Positions 1-22,889 of a DNA stretch of 64,000 nt are shown in pieces. Source of the stretch: the human T2T-CHM13v2.0 reference genome, Homo sapiens. A program made the position numbers and the translations under genes. Every line of letters begins with the position of its first letter. Position 1 is the stretch's first letter. The notes beneath the pieces are model-generated. The model searched no databases. It worked only from the letters and a program-made list of their open reading frames with translations, and had not been told where the DNA came from. The stretch lies in NCBI RefSeq assembly GCF_009914755.1, contig NC_060934.1; one strand, 5' to 3'.

Positions 1-331
1 TGTTTTCAACATTCTGCCAGAAGAAAACCAGATTTCTGGGGTTAAGGCACTTCTATTTAGTTAAGACACTGTAGTCTAGAAGAAAGAGGGATTTGGGGCA
101 AGTTGTTTAACTTTACTGGATCTCAATTTGCTCATCTCTAAATTGAGATGATAAGTGTAATTAGCCTGTAGGATTGTTGTGAGGATTGAATACAATAATA
201 CGAGATGTTGGTATATGGCAGATGCTTTATAAATGGTGGGCCATTAATAACACCTTCATTATCATGGACTTTCAGGTTCCATGAGGATTTGCAGGTATCA
301 CTTGATACAGCTTTCTATCTAATAGGTTTCC

Positions 332-952
332 CTGTGCTGTGCAGTCTGGTAGCCCCTAGCCACATGTAGCCATTGGGCACTTGATATGTGAGTTGTCTAC
401 GTTGAGATGTTACATAAGTGTAAAACACAAACTGTATTTTAAAGACTTGGTTTGGAAGGAAGAATGTAAAATATCTCATTAATTTTTTATATTGATTACA
501 TGTTGAATGGGCAATTTGGAGAATTATTGGGCTAAATAAATTATTTTTGTTTGCTTGAGATAGGATCTCACTCTGACACCCAGGCTGGAGTGCAGTGTTC
601 GTGATCATAGCTCACTGCAGCCTTGAACTCCTGAGCTCAAGTGAACCTCCCACCTCAATCTTTTGAGTAGCTGGGACAACAGGCATGCACCACCACACCT
701 GGTTAATTTTTTAATGTTTTGTAGACACGGGGTCTTACTATGTAGCCCAGGCTGGTCTCAAGCTCCTGACCTCAAGTGATCCTCCCACCTCAGCCTCCCA
801 AACTGCTGGGATTTCAGGGCTGAGCCACTGCTCCCAGCCAATAGAATATATTATTAAAGTAAATTTCACCTGTTTCTTTGTACTTAATGTAACCACTAAA
901 GCATTTAAAATTATGCATACAGTTTACACTACATTTCTATCACACAGTGCTG
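332..952. mobile_element. MER33-like hAT DNA transposon interrupted by an Alu
   Basis: ctgtgctgt...gtagcccctagccacatgtagc start and ...acacagtgctg end resemble MER33/MER3. Confidence 0.65.
541..839 (-). mobile_element. AluJ-type SINE
   Basis: Reverse Alu with J-type diagnostics (gatcatagctcactgcagccttgaactcctg). Confidence 0.85.
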
Positions 953-1435
953 TGTGAACCACCACTGTATCAGACTTCATGTTCTCCAGTGATGGGGAAC
1001 TCACAACCTGTAGAGAAAAGGCAACTCCAGTTACAAGGAAATCCTTCCTTATATTATGTAAGCTCCTCCTCCTTCTGACCTTTCCTCGTGGATCCTGGTT
1101 CTGCCATCCAGAGATACGCATAGCAGTCCCTCCTTCCCATGGCAGATCCTCACAAGAAAGCTCGCAAAAGAGACAATTTATGGGAAGGCACTTGCAGAAG
1201 GATGAAGCGCACTTACACCTAGGCAGAACACTGGTGTAGATCTTGAAAGCGGCGTGGAATTCTGAGAGCTTTGAACATTTTTTTTTTAATCTGTTATGAG
1301 TCTTGTTTAAGACCTCGCTTTGTTTTGACCTTGTTCCAGTTTTGAGGCCAATCCTCTATCTTCAACACACCCCAGAAAATCAAGATCCCTTGTGTTGTTC
1401 CCTGTTTTATTAATAATTTGGAAAGAAATACTCAC

Positions 1436-1516
1436 GGAGTCAAGGTAGCATCCAGAGTTCTCCAAGCTGTGCCGATTGTCATGCACGGAGAAGGGGAACT
1501 GGTTATTCACTGCTTG
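1436..1516 (-). CDS. TEX36: TEX36 coding exon 3 (QAVNNQFPFSVHDNRHSLENSGCYLDS); remaining CDS lies left of the window
   Basis: 81 nt, phase 0-0. Acceptor CTTTTCCAG, donor GTGAG (ctcac 1431-1435). Contains the HDNR motif characteristic of the TEX36 family. Confidence 0.92.
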
Positions 1517-2260
1517 CTGGAAAAGTGGGATGGAAGGGAAAGAGCACACATTAGAACCCTGCATGCTTTCAGAACTGGGATCGGGTGATGTGGAAGGAAG
1601 ATGGATGAGGCAAAGCGACCTCTAAGAAAGACAATGAAACCTGGCCCCAGAGATGGAGCAGACACAGGAGGGGGAGGATATCCACGTGCTCATCAGCGCC
1701 GGGCTTTGAAACCCCACCTTATTTCCAGCTTCCCCAAAGTCATAAAAATTATCTTTCAAAACACCTTATTTGGATGCAAGGATGGAAAAGTGTACAGGCT
1801 CATGGAGCCAAAAACTGGGAAGGACTTTTGAGGCCGTGTAGACCAACTCTGTCATCTGGCCAGTAAGGGTCCCAGGAGATGAGAGCCCTGGCCCAAGGCC
1901 TGGGGGGAACCCTGGCAGGTATGAAATGGACCCTGGCTTCTCCTTTGTGCCACTGCAGGGCCTGGAAGTTGCTCAGGAATTGGCCGGGGAGGCAGGAGGT
2001 GCATGTTAATGAGCTGTGGGCTGGAAGGGGGTGTTGCTTCTTGTTCGTGGAGGAGCCTAACTTGATTGTCCATAGCAGGAAGTAGTTCCTGCCGCAGAGC
2101 ACCAGGGTATGGGGTGGGGATACTACCAACCCTTAGGGGTCCAAGGATAGTAAATGCGCAGTTTCTTACAAAGAAGAATTGTTTGGCCCAACGTGCCAGC
2201 GGCGCTGCCCCCTGGGAGGTCCACAGGAGCACATGGCAGTGGCCAGTGTTCAGGACTCAC

Positions 2261-2392
2261 CTTCTCCCGGACTTTGTATATGGGCGGCAGCTTCCCCTCC
2301 GCTTGCCGAGGCAAGTGTGGACTCTGGGGCTCTTTTGACGTAGCACTGGTGATGGATTCTGGTGTCTTTTGCGTTAGCCCGATGTGAGGGAA
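2261..2392 (-). CDS. TEX36: TEX36 coding exon 2 (FPHIGLTQK...PIYKVREK, 44 aa)
   Basis: 132 nt, phase 0-0. Pyrimidine-rich acceptor ending CAG (forward ct 2393-2394) and GTGAG donor (ctcac 2256-2260). Confidence 0.93.
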
Positions 2393-4848
2393 CTGGAAGA
2401 ACAGCACACGCCTTGATTAAAACCAGACACATTTGAATCTACAAGCCAAGTATCAGGGCTTCCTTTGTACAGTGATTAAAATGCAATTTGGGTGCTTTTG
2501 GCATGCAATGGAAATGGCATAATTTTTGTAATTTTCAAGTATTCTTTCCAAGACAAAAAACATTGTAATGGCCCAGAGCCATCACTGCCGGTTGTTTCAA
2601 GTTACAGAGGCCACCCCTGCTGAGCTGGAGCCTGGAAATGTTTCCATAGCCTGGTAAGGAGGGTGTGGTCCTCAGTGAGTGAGCAGACACATTCTGAGAA
2701 GACAGAAATGTGTTATTTGAGATCCTTCCTGTGGTCAGGGAGCTCCCAGTACTGAGGACCTTGGAGCCAACCCACGTTTATGGAGATGAGCCAACCTCCA
2801 GCAATGTAGGTATGAGGTGGCCCTAAGACCACGGGAAGGGGAGGAACAGAGAATCTCAAGTGATTCTCCACTGGAAATGTAGGATGGTAGAGGGGAGGTA
2901 ACGTCTAGGAGGGAAAAAGAGGGGGTAGAAGGATGTGAAGCAAGAAAAATGAGGACTGAGGATTATCTAGAATATGTCCTTGCAATCTCCCAACAAAAGC
3001 CTGGGAAGGAAACAGGACTGGGCAGAAGAGGGGTAGTCCCAACAAGGGCCTCTGTTGACCCGGCTGGGAGCTCTGGACATTGGGTGGCCACTCAGAGCTG
3101 GGGAGAGGGGACCCAGTCTCTGTGCACCAAGCAATGAGGCATTGGATTTATTCCTGAGCTACCCCCAGAAGAAGGCGTGACCCTAGGGAGGCAGCTCTCT
3201 TCAGATAACAGACCTGTAGGTGTGGGCAGTGAGGGCCATGCTCCCAGCAGCCAGAGTGATGAGTCTTTCATTCCTGAAGGGGGGTGTGGCTAGCTCTTAT
3301 GGCAAGAGAAGCTCACCCCAATGTTATTTGAATGGTGCCTCTTAAAAGCCACCCCAACAAAGTGAGCTCTGAAGCAGGACTCTCTAGGAGGAAATGAATG
3401 GAAATTAAAAAGACAAGACCCAATTCAATGAAAATTCCCATAAAGGGAGAAGGAAGCATAATGTGGTTGGGTCAGAGGCTGGACATTCAGAGGTCCTGAG
3501 TCCACCCCAGGTCTCTCTCCTATCTCCTAGGTGAGCCTGATGAGAGAGACTAAACTTTCTCAAGCCTCGGTTTCCCTATCTGTAAAATGGGAATAATAAT
3601 ACCTACCTGATATGGTAGATTTGATACAAAGAGGAAATGTATACACTCCAATAGTGTGAATAGTTTGCAAATGTTTTTGGCTAAATAGCAATCACATTTT
3701 CATTCTCCATTCGTCAATTTATGAACACTTAGGTTGATTCTATGTCTTTGCTATTGTGAATAGTGCTGCAATAAACATGCAAGTGCAGGTATCCCTCAGA
3801 TATATTGATTTTTTTTAGTAGATACTCAGTAGTAGCATTGCTGGATCAAATGGTAATTTCTCGTTTGAGAGTTTTGAGAAATCTCCATACTATTTTCCAT
3901 AGTGGCTCTACTAGTTTACATTTCCACCAAAAGTGTATAAGAGTTCCCTTCTCTCCCCATCCTCGCCAACATCTGTTATTTTTTGTCTTTTTAGTAATAG
4001 CTATTCTGACTGGGATAAGATGATATCTCATCGTGGTTTTTATTTGCATTCCCCTGATGATTAGTGATGTTTAGCATGTTTTCATATGCCTGTTTCCCAT
4101 TTATATGTCTCCTTTTTTAAATTTTTTAAATTTTTTATGTGTACATAGTAGCTGTATATATTTATGGGGTACATAAGATATTTTGATACAGGCATACAGT
4201 GTGTAATAATCACATCAGGGGAAATGGAGGATCCATCACCTCCAGCATTTATCATTTCTTTGTGTTACAAACAATCCAATTATACTTTTAGTTTAAAATG
4301 TACAATAGATTATGATTGACTGTAGTCACCCCCCTGTCATGCTATCAACTACTAGATCTTATTCATCCTAACTATATTTTTGTACCATTTTCCATCCCCA
4401 TGTCCCTCACCACTACCTTTCCTAGCCTCTGATAACCATCATTCTACTCTCTATGAGTTCAACTGTTTTAATACTCAGCTTCCACAAAGGAGTGAGAACA
4501 TGTGAAAAGTTTGCCTTTCTATACCTGGCTTATTTTACTTAACATTTCCTCCAGTTCCATTTACATTGTTGCAAATGACAGAATCTCATTCATTTTTATG
4601 GCTGAATAGTACTTCATTTTGTATGTGTACCATATTTCTTTATCCATTCATCTATTGATAGACACTTAGGTTGCTTCCAAATCTTGGCTATTGTGAATAG
4701 TGCTGCAATAAACATGGGAGTGCAAATATCTCCTCAGTATACTGATTTCCTTTCTTTTGGGTATATACCTAGCAGTGGGATTGCCGAATCACATGGTAGT
4801 TCTATTTTTAATTTTTTGAGGAACCTCTATACTATTTTCCATAGTGGC

Positions 4849-5219
4849 TACTATGGTTTGGCTCTAATATGGTTGTCCCCATGCAAATCATCTTGAATTA
4901 GAATCCCCAAATGTCAGAAGAGGCGCCTGGTGGGAGGTGATTGGATCATGGGGGCGGATTTCCCCCTTGCTGTTTTCATGATAGTGAGTGAGTTCTCATG
5001 AGATCTGATGGTTTAAAAGTGTGGCACATCCCCCTTTGCTCACTGTCTCTCCTGCTGCCATGTAAGATATGCCTTGCTTCCCTGTCACCTTCTGCCATGA
5101 TTGTAAGTTTCCTGAGGCCTCCCCAGCCATACAGAACTGTGAATCAATTAAACCTCTTTTCTTTATAAATTACCAGTCTCAGGTAGTCCTTTATAGCAGT
5201 GTGAAAACAGACTAATACA
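4849..5219 (+). mobile_element. THE1D-like MaLR solo LTR inside L1
   Basis: t..tatggtttggct start, gtgaaaacagactaataca end, exact 5-bp TSD gtggc (4844-4848, 5220-5224). Confidence 0.88.
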
Positions 5220-7070
5220 GTGGCTGTACTAATTTACATTTCCACCAGCAGTGTACAGGTGTTCTCTTTTCTTGATATCCTCACCAGCATTTGTGATTGC
5301 CTGTCTTTAGGATAAAAGCCATTTTAACTGGGGTGAGATGATATCTCATTGTAGCTTGGATTTCCATTTATCTGATGATCAATGATGTTGAGCACCTTTC
5401 CATATACCTGTTTGCCGTTTGCATGTCTTCTTTTGAGAAATGTCTATTCATGTCCTTTGCTCACTTTTTAATGGAATTACTTGGTTTTTTGGTTGTTGTT
5501 GTTGTTGTTGTTGTTTTACAGTTGAGTTGTTTGAGTTCCCTGTATATTCTGGATATTATTCCCCTGTCAGATGAATGGTTTGCAAATATTTTCTCCCATT
5601 CAACAGATTGTCTGTTTACTCTTTTGATTGTTTCCTTTGCTGTGCAGAAGCTTTTTGATTTAATATAGTTCCATTTGTCTATTTTCATTTTTGTTGTTTA
5701 TGCTTTGGAGATCTTAGTCATAAATTTTTTGTCTAAACCAAGGTTCAGAAGAGTTTTCTCTAGGTTTTCTTCTAGTGTTTTTTACAGTTTCAGATCTTAT
5801 ATTTAAGTCTTCAATTCATTTTGAGTTGATTTTTTTATATGGTGAGATATAGGTGTCCAGTTTCTTTCTTCTGCATGTGGCTATCCAATTCTTTCAGTAC
5901 CATTTATTGAACAGGATGCTGCTTCCCCGATATAAGTTCATATTGGCTTTGTCAAAGATCAGTTTTCTGGGTTCTCTATTCTGTTCCATTGGTCTGTGTG
6001 TCTAATTTTATACAAATGCCATGCTGTTTTGGTTACTATAGTCTTGTAATAAGTGATGCCTCCAGCTTTGTTCATTTTGCTCAAGATTCCTTTGGTTATT
6101 CTGGCTCTTTTTTATTCCATATGAATTTTAAGATTGTTTTTTCTAATTCTGTGAAGAATGACATTGGTATTTTGATAGAGGTTGCATTGAACCTGTAGAT
6201 TGCTTTAAGCAATATGGTCATTTTAATGATGTATTCCGACGCAGGAGCATGAGATATTTTTCCATTTGTTTGTGTCATCTTTAATTTCTTTCATCAATGT
6301 TTTATAGTTTTTCTTATAGAGATATTTTACCTCCTTGGTTAAATTTATTCTTATATATTTTTGTAGCTATTATAAATGAAATTGCCTTCTTGATTTCCTT
6401 CTTAGCTAGATCATTGCTGATATATATAAAAGCTACTGCTTTTTGTATGTTGATTTTGTATCCTGCAACTTTACTGAATATATTTATCAGATCTAAGTGG
6501 GGTTTTTTTTGGTAGAGTATTTAGGTTTTTCTAGATATAATATCATGTCCTCAGCAAAAAGAGACAGTTTCACTTCTTCTTTTCCAATTTGGATGCTTTT
6601 TATTTCTTTCTCTTGACTGATTGCTCTGGCTAGGACTTCTAGTACTATGTTGAATAGGAATGGTGAAAGTGAGAATCCTTGTCTTGTTTCAGTTCTTGGA
6701 GCAAAGGCGTTCAACTTTACTCCATTCAGTATGATGTTAGCTGTGGGTTGGCTGTATATGGTCTTTGTTATTTTGAGTTATGTTCCTTCTATGTCTAGTT
6801 TGTTGAGAGTGTTTATCATAAAGCGATGTTGAATTTTATCAAATGCTTTTTCTGTGCCTATTGAGATAATCATATGGTTTTTGTCCTTCATTTTGTTGGT
6901 GTGATGTGTCATGTTTACGGATTTGTGTGTGTCGAAGCATCCTTGCGTCCCTGCTATAAATCCCACTTGATCACGGTATATTGTCTTTTTGATGTGCTGT
7001 TGCATTTAGTTTGCTGGTATTTTGTTGAGAAATTTTGTATCTATGTTCATTGGGGATACTGGCTGTAGTT

Positions 7071-8526
<1,456 letters not shown>

Positions 8527-9246
8527 CTGTAGTTGTCTTTTTTTTGTTGTGTCTATCTCTGGTTTTGGTATCAGTGTGATGCTGGTTGGCCTCATAGAAT
8601 GAATTAGGGAGAATTCCCTCCTCTTTAATATTTTGAAATAGTTTCAAGACAATTGGTATTTGGGTTTTGTTTGGTAAAATTCAGCTGTGAATCCAACCAG
8701 TTCTGGACTTTTCTTTGTTGGGAGATTTTTTTTTTTTAATTACTGATTCAGTCTCACTATTCAGCATTGCTCTGTTCAGATTTTCATTCCTTCCTGATTC
8801 AATCTTGGTAGGTTGTATGTTTTCAGGAATTTATTTATTTCCTCTGGGTTTCCCAGTTTGTCAGCATATAGTTGTTCACAGTAGTCTCCAACTTTTTTAT
8901 TTAAAAAAAGATCTCCAACTTTTTATTTAATAAAAGATCTCCACAGATCTTTTATATTTCTGTGGTCTTACTTGTAATGTCTCCTCTTTCATTTCTGATT
9001 TTGTTTATTTGGGTTTTCTCTTTTGTGGCTAGTCTAGCAAGGAGTTTATCAATTTTGTTTTTCTTTTTTAAAGAATCAACTTTTAATTTCATTGATCCTT
9101 TGTATTTTCTTTTAGTCTCTATTTCATTTAGTTCTGGCTCTGGTCTTTATTATTTCTTTTCTTCTGCTAATGCTGGGTTTGGTTTATTCTTGCTTTTCTA
9201 GTTCCTTGGAGTGCATTGTTGATAGTTAATTTATGTAATCTTTCTA

Positions 9247-9908
<662 letters not shown>

Positions 9909-9999
9909 AAAATTCCTCGGCTTTTGCTGTATCCCAAAGGTTTGGGTATGTAGAGTTTCCATTTTCATTTGTTTTAAGAATTTTTTAAATTTTTATCTT

Positions 10000-16260
<6,261 letters not shown>

Positions 16261-18094
16261 CTAATTTTATCCCAATTTCTTCATTGACCCAGGGGTCATT
16301 CAGGAGCATGTTGTTTAATTCCTATGTATTTGCATAGTTTCCAAAGTTCCTCCTGGTATTGATTTCTAGTTTTATTCTACTGTGGTCTGAGAAGATATGT
16401 AATGACTTTAATTTTTTTAAACTGCTGAGACTTGTTTTGTGGCCTGACATATGGTCTATCCTGGAGAATGTTCCATAGGCTGATGAAAAGAATGTATATT
16501 CTCCAGTTGTTTGATAGAATGAACTGTAAATGTCTGTTGGGTCCATTTGGCCTAAAGTTCAGTTTAAATCCAGTGTTTCTTGGTTGAGTTACTGTCTAGA
16601 TTGTCTGTCTAATGCTGGGAGTAGGGAATTGAAGACTTCCACTATTATTGCATTGCAGTCCATTTCTTTGGATCTAATAATATTTGCCTTATGAATCTGG
16701 GTGCTCCAGTGTTGGATAGCCATATATTTAGAACTGTTATATCCTCTTGCTGGATTGATCCATTTATCATTATATAATGACCTTCTTTGTATTTTTTTTA
16801 CTGTTCTTGACTTACAGACTGTTTTATCTAAGTACAGCTACTGTTGTGCACTTTTGTTTTCCATTTGCATGGAATATCTTTTTATCATGACTTTATTTTC
16901 AGTCTATCTATATGTCTTTACTGGCAAAGTGAGTTTCTTGTAAGCAGCATATAGTTGGATCTTTTTTTTTTTAAATTCCATTCAGCCAGCCATTCTGTAT
17001 CTTGTAAATGGATAATTTAAGGTTTCTGTTCAAAGTTATTATTGATATGTGAGGCTTTGTTCCTATCATGTTATTAAATTGTTTTCTTGTTGTTTACATC
17101 TTCTTTCTTCCTTTCTTTTTATCTTACTGCTTGTCATTGTGGTTCGGTGGATTTCTGTAGTGGTACAATTTGAATCCTTTCTCTTCCTCCTTTGTGTGAT
17201 TGTTCTACGAGTGAGTTTTATACTTTTGTATGTTTTCATGATGGTAAATATTGTCCTTTCACTTCCAGGGATCCCTTGAGTATTTCTCAAAAGGTCAATC
17301 TAATGGTAAAAAAGTCCTTCCCTCAGCATTTGCTTGTCTGGGAAAGACTGTATTTCTCCTTCAGTTGTAAAGGAGAGCTTTGCTAGAAATAGCATTCTTG
17401 ACTGGCAGTTTTTTCTTTCAGCATTTTGAATATATCATCCTATTGTCTTATGACCTGTAAGGTTTCTGCTGAGAAACCTATTGTTAGTCTGACGGAGTTT
17501 CCTTTATTGATGACTAATGCTTTTCCCTTGCTTTTTTAAAAAATTTGTTCTGTATCTTTGACTTTAGATAGTCTGACTATAACATTTCATGGAGAAGACC
17601 TTTTTGTATTGTATCTGCCTGGGGACTGTTGAATTTCTTGTACCAGAATGTCTAGATCTCTTTCTGGACTTGGGAAGTTTTTATCTATTATTGTGTTAAA
17701 TAGGTTTTCTAATCTTTTCTTTGTCTCTTTTCTCTGGAGGATCCTGATAACTTAAATGTTTGATCACTTTATGTTATCCAAAATGTAACAAAGAGTTTGC
17801 TCATACTTTTCAATTCTTTTTTATTTATTTTTGTCTGACTGGATTATTTCAAAAGACCTGTCTTCAAGTTCTGAGATTCTTCTTCCTGATCAAGTCTATT
17901 GTTGAAATTTTCAAATGTATTTTGTATTTCCTTCCATGAGTTCTTCAATTTCAGAATTTCTATTTGGTTCTTTTCTTTTCTAAATATCTTTCTCCTTGGA
18001 AAATTTCTCATTCATATCCTGAATTATTTTTCTGATTTCTTTGTATTATTTTTCAGCCTTCTCTTGTATCTCACTGAGCTTCTTTAAAATGAAT

Positions 18095-18396
18095 TTTTTT
18101 TTCTTTTTTCTTTTGAGACATAGTCTCACTCTATTGCCGAGGCTGAAGTGCAGTGGTGCGATCTTGGCTCACTGCAACCTCCGCCACCCAGACTCAATTG
18201 ATCCTCCTGCCTCAGCCTCCTGAGTAGCTGGGATTACAGGCATGCACCATCATGCCCAGCTAATTTTTGTATTGTTAGTAGAGATGGGGTTTCACCATGT
18301 TGGCCAGGCTGGTCTTCAACTCCTGACCTCAAATAATCTGCCCACCTCGGCCTCCCAAAGTGCTGGGATTACAGGCATGAGCCACTGCACCCAGCC
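18095..18396 (-). mobile_element. AluS
   Basis: Reverse Alu, TSD taaaatgaat on both sides. Confidence 0.9.
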
Positions 18397-21309
18397 CCTA
18401 AAATGAATATTTTCAATTCTTTATCTGGTATTTGGGAAATTTCTTTTTGATTAAGATCTATTGCTGGTGAATTATTTTGTCTCTTGGAAGTGTATTTCCT
18501 TGCTTTTTCATGTTTATTCTGTCCTTACATTGCTATCTGCACATCTGGTGTAACAGTCTCTTCTTCCTATTTTTAAATTTACTTTTATAAGGGAGGACAT
18601 TTTCCTGAAGATGTTTCCATGGTGTCAGTTGGATAGAGTACTTTGGCTTTGATTCTGCATGCATGTAGTCATGCAGGCTTTATATGATTTCTTTGTCTGT
18701 AACCACAATTAGTGGTACCTGTGATTTCCTCAGTGTGTTAGGGTGTGGTTAACAGTAGAGGCTGTGATGAAGTTGTGCTGGGGACTGAGATGCCAGGTAG
18801 GTCAGTCTTCAGGCCCCATTGGTGGCAGCAGTTGGCTGAGCATGTCTATCTTTGTGCCTCAGAGTAGTATAAGCTGGCACCTGTTTTGGCAGTTCTTGGT
18901 GGGCCAATTCTTGGGCCTCCCGGTGGCTTGCTTTGATACTAGTAGTGGCAGCAATGAACGAGGCAGGTGGGTGGGTTCTCAGGCCCCTAGGCAGCTGGTG
19001 TGGCATGGGTGATGGCAGTAGCAGTGGCAGGATAATTTTTTGGGTCCTGAGTGGTGTGCATTGATGTTGGCAGTGGTTGCGATGGGCTGGGCAGGCCAGT
19101 CTCTAGGACTGCAGGTGGTGCTTGCACATGGGGGCCAGCTGAGATGGTAGTGGCCAGGAGTTTAGGCCCAATCTGAGTTCCCTGGGAGGAGTGTACTCAA
19201 GGTGGTAGATGGGTTGGGCAAGCTCAAGGACGTGAGGCTCTGTGTTCTGTCATGGAAGAGGAGGCAAAGCCCGGCTGGGTGGGCTTGCGCTCAGGCCCCC
19301 AAAATATGACAGCAGGCACCAGCCATCGTGAGCAGGAGCAGGCCCCAGGTGGAGTGCTCAGCTGAGAGGTGGTAGCAGCTGTGCTGAGGCCCTGTCACTG
19401 GAGGGAGGGGTTGTCTTTGGTGGCCACAGTCTGGGCTGGTGCATGGGGAACACACATCCCTCTCATGCTCCAGTCCTGCCAGGGTTTGCCCTCCAACCTT
19501 GGCAGCAGTAGCCCATGTCTAGCTTGCTCCCCTTGGCTCTGGCTACAGGAGCACCCCCCCCGCCCCCGCCAAGCTGACAACTTAGTTCCAGTGTCAATTT
19601 GTGCCTCGCTCACACCCCAGTCTCCTGGCAGTGCTCACTACCCAGCACCAGCAGCTGCAGCTGCAGCCCGTGCCTCAGTTGCTTCTTAGCCTCAACTGTG
19701 GAAGTGCTCTCAGCTCACTCCTCAGTCCCAGTAGCAACAGCCCAAGTTTCCATAATGCCTCAGTCCAGATGCTTCTGGGGCCCAGGAGAGCGTGCAGTCT
19801 GTCAAAAGATAGATTTGAAAATGGCACCTTGCTATAGCAGCCTGGGTCTCAGAAAGGAACCCAGCATGACCTTCCTCCCTAGAGGAGTTCCATCCCACAG
19901 TTTCCGGGAGACTCTCTCTGTTAGTTTCAGGGAGAGAAGGGTCGAGAAGTTCTCCATGGCCAGAGTTACACATTTCTACAGTGGGCATGTGGGCTGCCGG
20001 AAGTCTCTCACTTACTCACTTACCCTTTCCCCATGTTGGGAAGTCACTCCTGGCTCCCAGCCGATCCCGGCCAGGCAGGCTGCCTTTTTCCTTTCTCTTT
20101 CCCCACGTACGGTGTTTCCTGTCACTTCTCTGTTGAATTCCAGCGTTCTCTCTTGGATAACATATTTGAAGTGTGACTGCCTGTACACTATTTTGGTTCT
20201 TCTAAGTGGGATAGGCGGGCACGCAATGCTTCTAGTCAGCCATCTTGACGCCCCTCCTCTGCCTTATTATTTTACGGTAGCTTTGGGTTGCTTTCTTCTC
20301 TGCTTCCTGTCGCACTCCCCAACCCCAGATAACAATATTAGCAACCAAGCACTCATATGATCACATACAAACACCTATGCCTGTGAGAAGACTTACACTG
20401 CTTTACAAAAATCAGATTATATCATACATACTGCTTTGCACCTTGCTTTCCTCTCTTAATATATTCTAGAAATGTGTTCAAAGTCAACCTATATCTTTCT
20501 CATTCATTCTATCTTCTATTTTTAAAATGTTTTCCAAAGAAATATTTTTAGAGGTAAATATAAATAATACAAAGGGTCTTCGGGTTCTGAACCTTTTCCT
20601 TCACCCTTCCTCCAGTCTGACTGAGTCAACACTTCCCTCTCGGAAGTTGTGGAAAATCAGGCTGGGGGTTGGGGGAGGCTGTTCTAACATCAAGAATGAT
20701 GTCTCTCACCAGTTAAATGACAACTGAGTTGGGTTCATTTGTATTCAGCAGGTCTGTAGACTAAATCACTGTAAAAAATGGCTCTAGCGTTTTAATTTCG
20801 CTCTTTTAAAATATATATTTAATGGCTATAACATGATAGCTGTGAAATAAACCCTTCTGTTAGATATTGTAACCGTGAAATACAGCTTTTTAACAAGTTG
20901 GCGGTGAAATTTTTGCTTCGTTCAGTCACTCAATGACTGAAATATTAAATAGGAAGGGGCAAGTGTGTGGAAAAAGTCTTTCCTACCTGGCAATAGCTAG
21001 ATTGCAACCAGCAAGGTCAACTGCAAAATGACTGTCACCTCTAATGTGGCAATTACGGTCCTCCCAAATGGGCTGCAGCTGACTCAAAGCCAATAATTTC
21101 TTTAATTTTTCCCTCCTCGTCTACAAGTTACTTTGGGAAACTTCATGATCAGCACTATTCTTTTTATGCTCTTAGGTGCTGACAGCAGAAAGGATTTTTG
21201 CCAAAGGCCCAAGCCAAGCTTTGGGGAACAGTGCCTTTCTCCCTAAAACCCAGGGACTGGGCTACGTTTCTGGGGTCTTGATAGAAGGATAAAATAAAAT
21301 TTCTTCCTA

Positions 21310-21805
21310 TGAAATGTTGATTCTCGCTTTCCCCCTTACCACAGAATTCAGGTTCTTCATTCACAGCAGCCATGTGGTTGGTTAAAAAAAACACCTCCTC
21401 AGACACCCTTTTAGCTAAATTGGCCATGTGACACAGTGAGATGGAAGCAGAGGTCTAGGGAGCAGGCTCCAGGGAAGGCAGGAAAGTATTGTTTTCCTGA
21501 TAAAAAGGGGCAGACTTAGGTGACAGGCGCCTTCCATCTTTTTGTCCTTTGACCTTCCTCTTATTTCCCTGCCTGAGTTGTGGATTCACTGTTTGGAGCT
21601 GGAGTCATCCCACACTAAGGATGGCAAAACAGAATGCTGAAAAGGGAGCTGCTGATGACTCCCTTGAGCAGCTGTACTAGCCTGGGATGGCCAACTTCTA
21701 GGTTTCATTGTTACTTAAGAAATATAAATCCCTATTTGGTTAAGACACTGTAGTCACTTTAGTCAGCCTTCTATAAAATTCAGGCTAACAATTGTAACTG
21801 ATACA
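21310..21805 (+). mobile_element. Old MLT1-type MaLR LTR
   Basis: ggccatgtgac motif, aataaa-like signal and ...aactgataca end. Confidence 0.5.
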
Positions 21806-22889
21806 TAGGTAATAGCTAGAGGGAAAGCTACTTAATCTGAGCAACTTACATTTTTCTTTTCATGGGAACTTAGCTTTATGGAGTTGACATTATCTCTCAT
21901 TTTACTTTGGCTGCCAGGGAACTCAGAGTCAAATGTGGTGCCCAAATATCTACCATATAATCCTGGAAATATACCTAATATTATGTCTATGTTATATGTG
22001 TTCTCAGACTCAGCCTCTTCTCTTTCTAAAGTATTTATAAAACTAGTTATAACTTTCTATTTGATTTATACTGTATTATTTTATTGTGTACATTTTCCAT
22101 GCTTTAAATTTTTGTGGAATGAAACAAGGTATACATTTGTGTGTATACACGTATATGTACACATACATACAAAGTGTATATATGTTAAGTGGTTTCTATG
22201 TGCTCACTCATTGTACTGAGCACTTGTTAATGAGTCGTGAATCCCCCACCATGGTCTTCTACCCTTGGTACATTATGCTCCCATTTTACAGACAAAGAAA
22301 CTGAGACTTAGAAAGACTAAGCTGCTTAGCCAAGGTTGTATCCAAGTGGGTAGATCAGTTTTTTAAAGCCTTCAGACCCAAATTTGCTGAAGTGTTTTCT
22401 GTTTTTCTTTGAAACAAATTAAAATTTTAACAATTTTTTACCTGTTGCTACCCTAAAAGAAGTCGACGTCAGGTTTTTCTCTGATTATGTTTCTCATTGC
22501 GAGTCTACTGCTGTGATTTCCCCTTAACATTCTTTTTGTGAATGAATTGTAGAAATCAGAAATGGGAAAGGCTTGAGGCTTGTCGGCCATGAAATATACA
22601 TGTTGAAGAGCAAAGGAGAGAAGTGCTTGGCCGACAAGGCTAAGACCTCACACTTAGGAGTGACCCAAATGTTTCCTGAAGATGGTAGAAGAGTGAAAAA
22701 TCCCACAGGCTCTGTAAGTGACATCAGAAGAGCAAGAGTTGGGGGAGAGCGTGAAGCTGGAAAGGGAAAGTTTTCAAGTGATGAAGATGAGTAAATGATG
22801 CATTCCTGGACTCTTCTCATTTCATAGGCCGGAGGGGCTAAAGGAATTGGATTGGGAGCCAACAAGAATTTGTTTAGAGGTTTCTAGTA

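Noticed and set aside
19599-20360. 253-aa + strand ORF
   Set aside because: Antisense to an old L1 5'UTR, non-ATG start, no recognisable homology.
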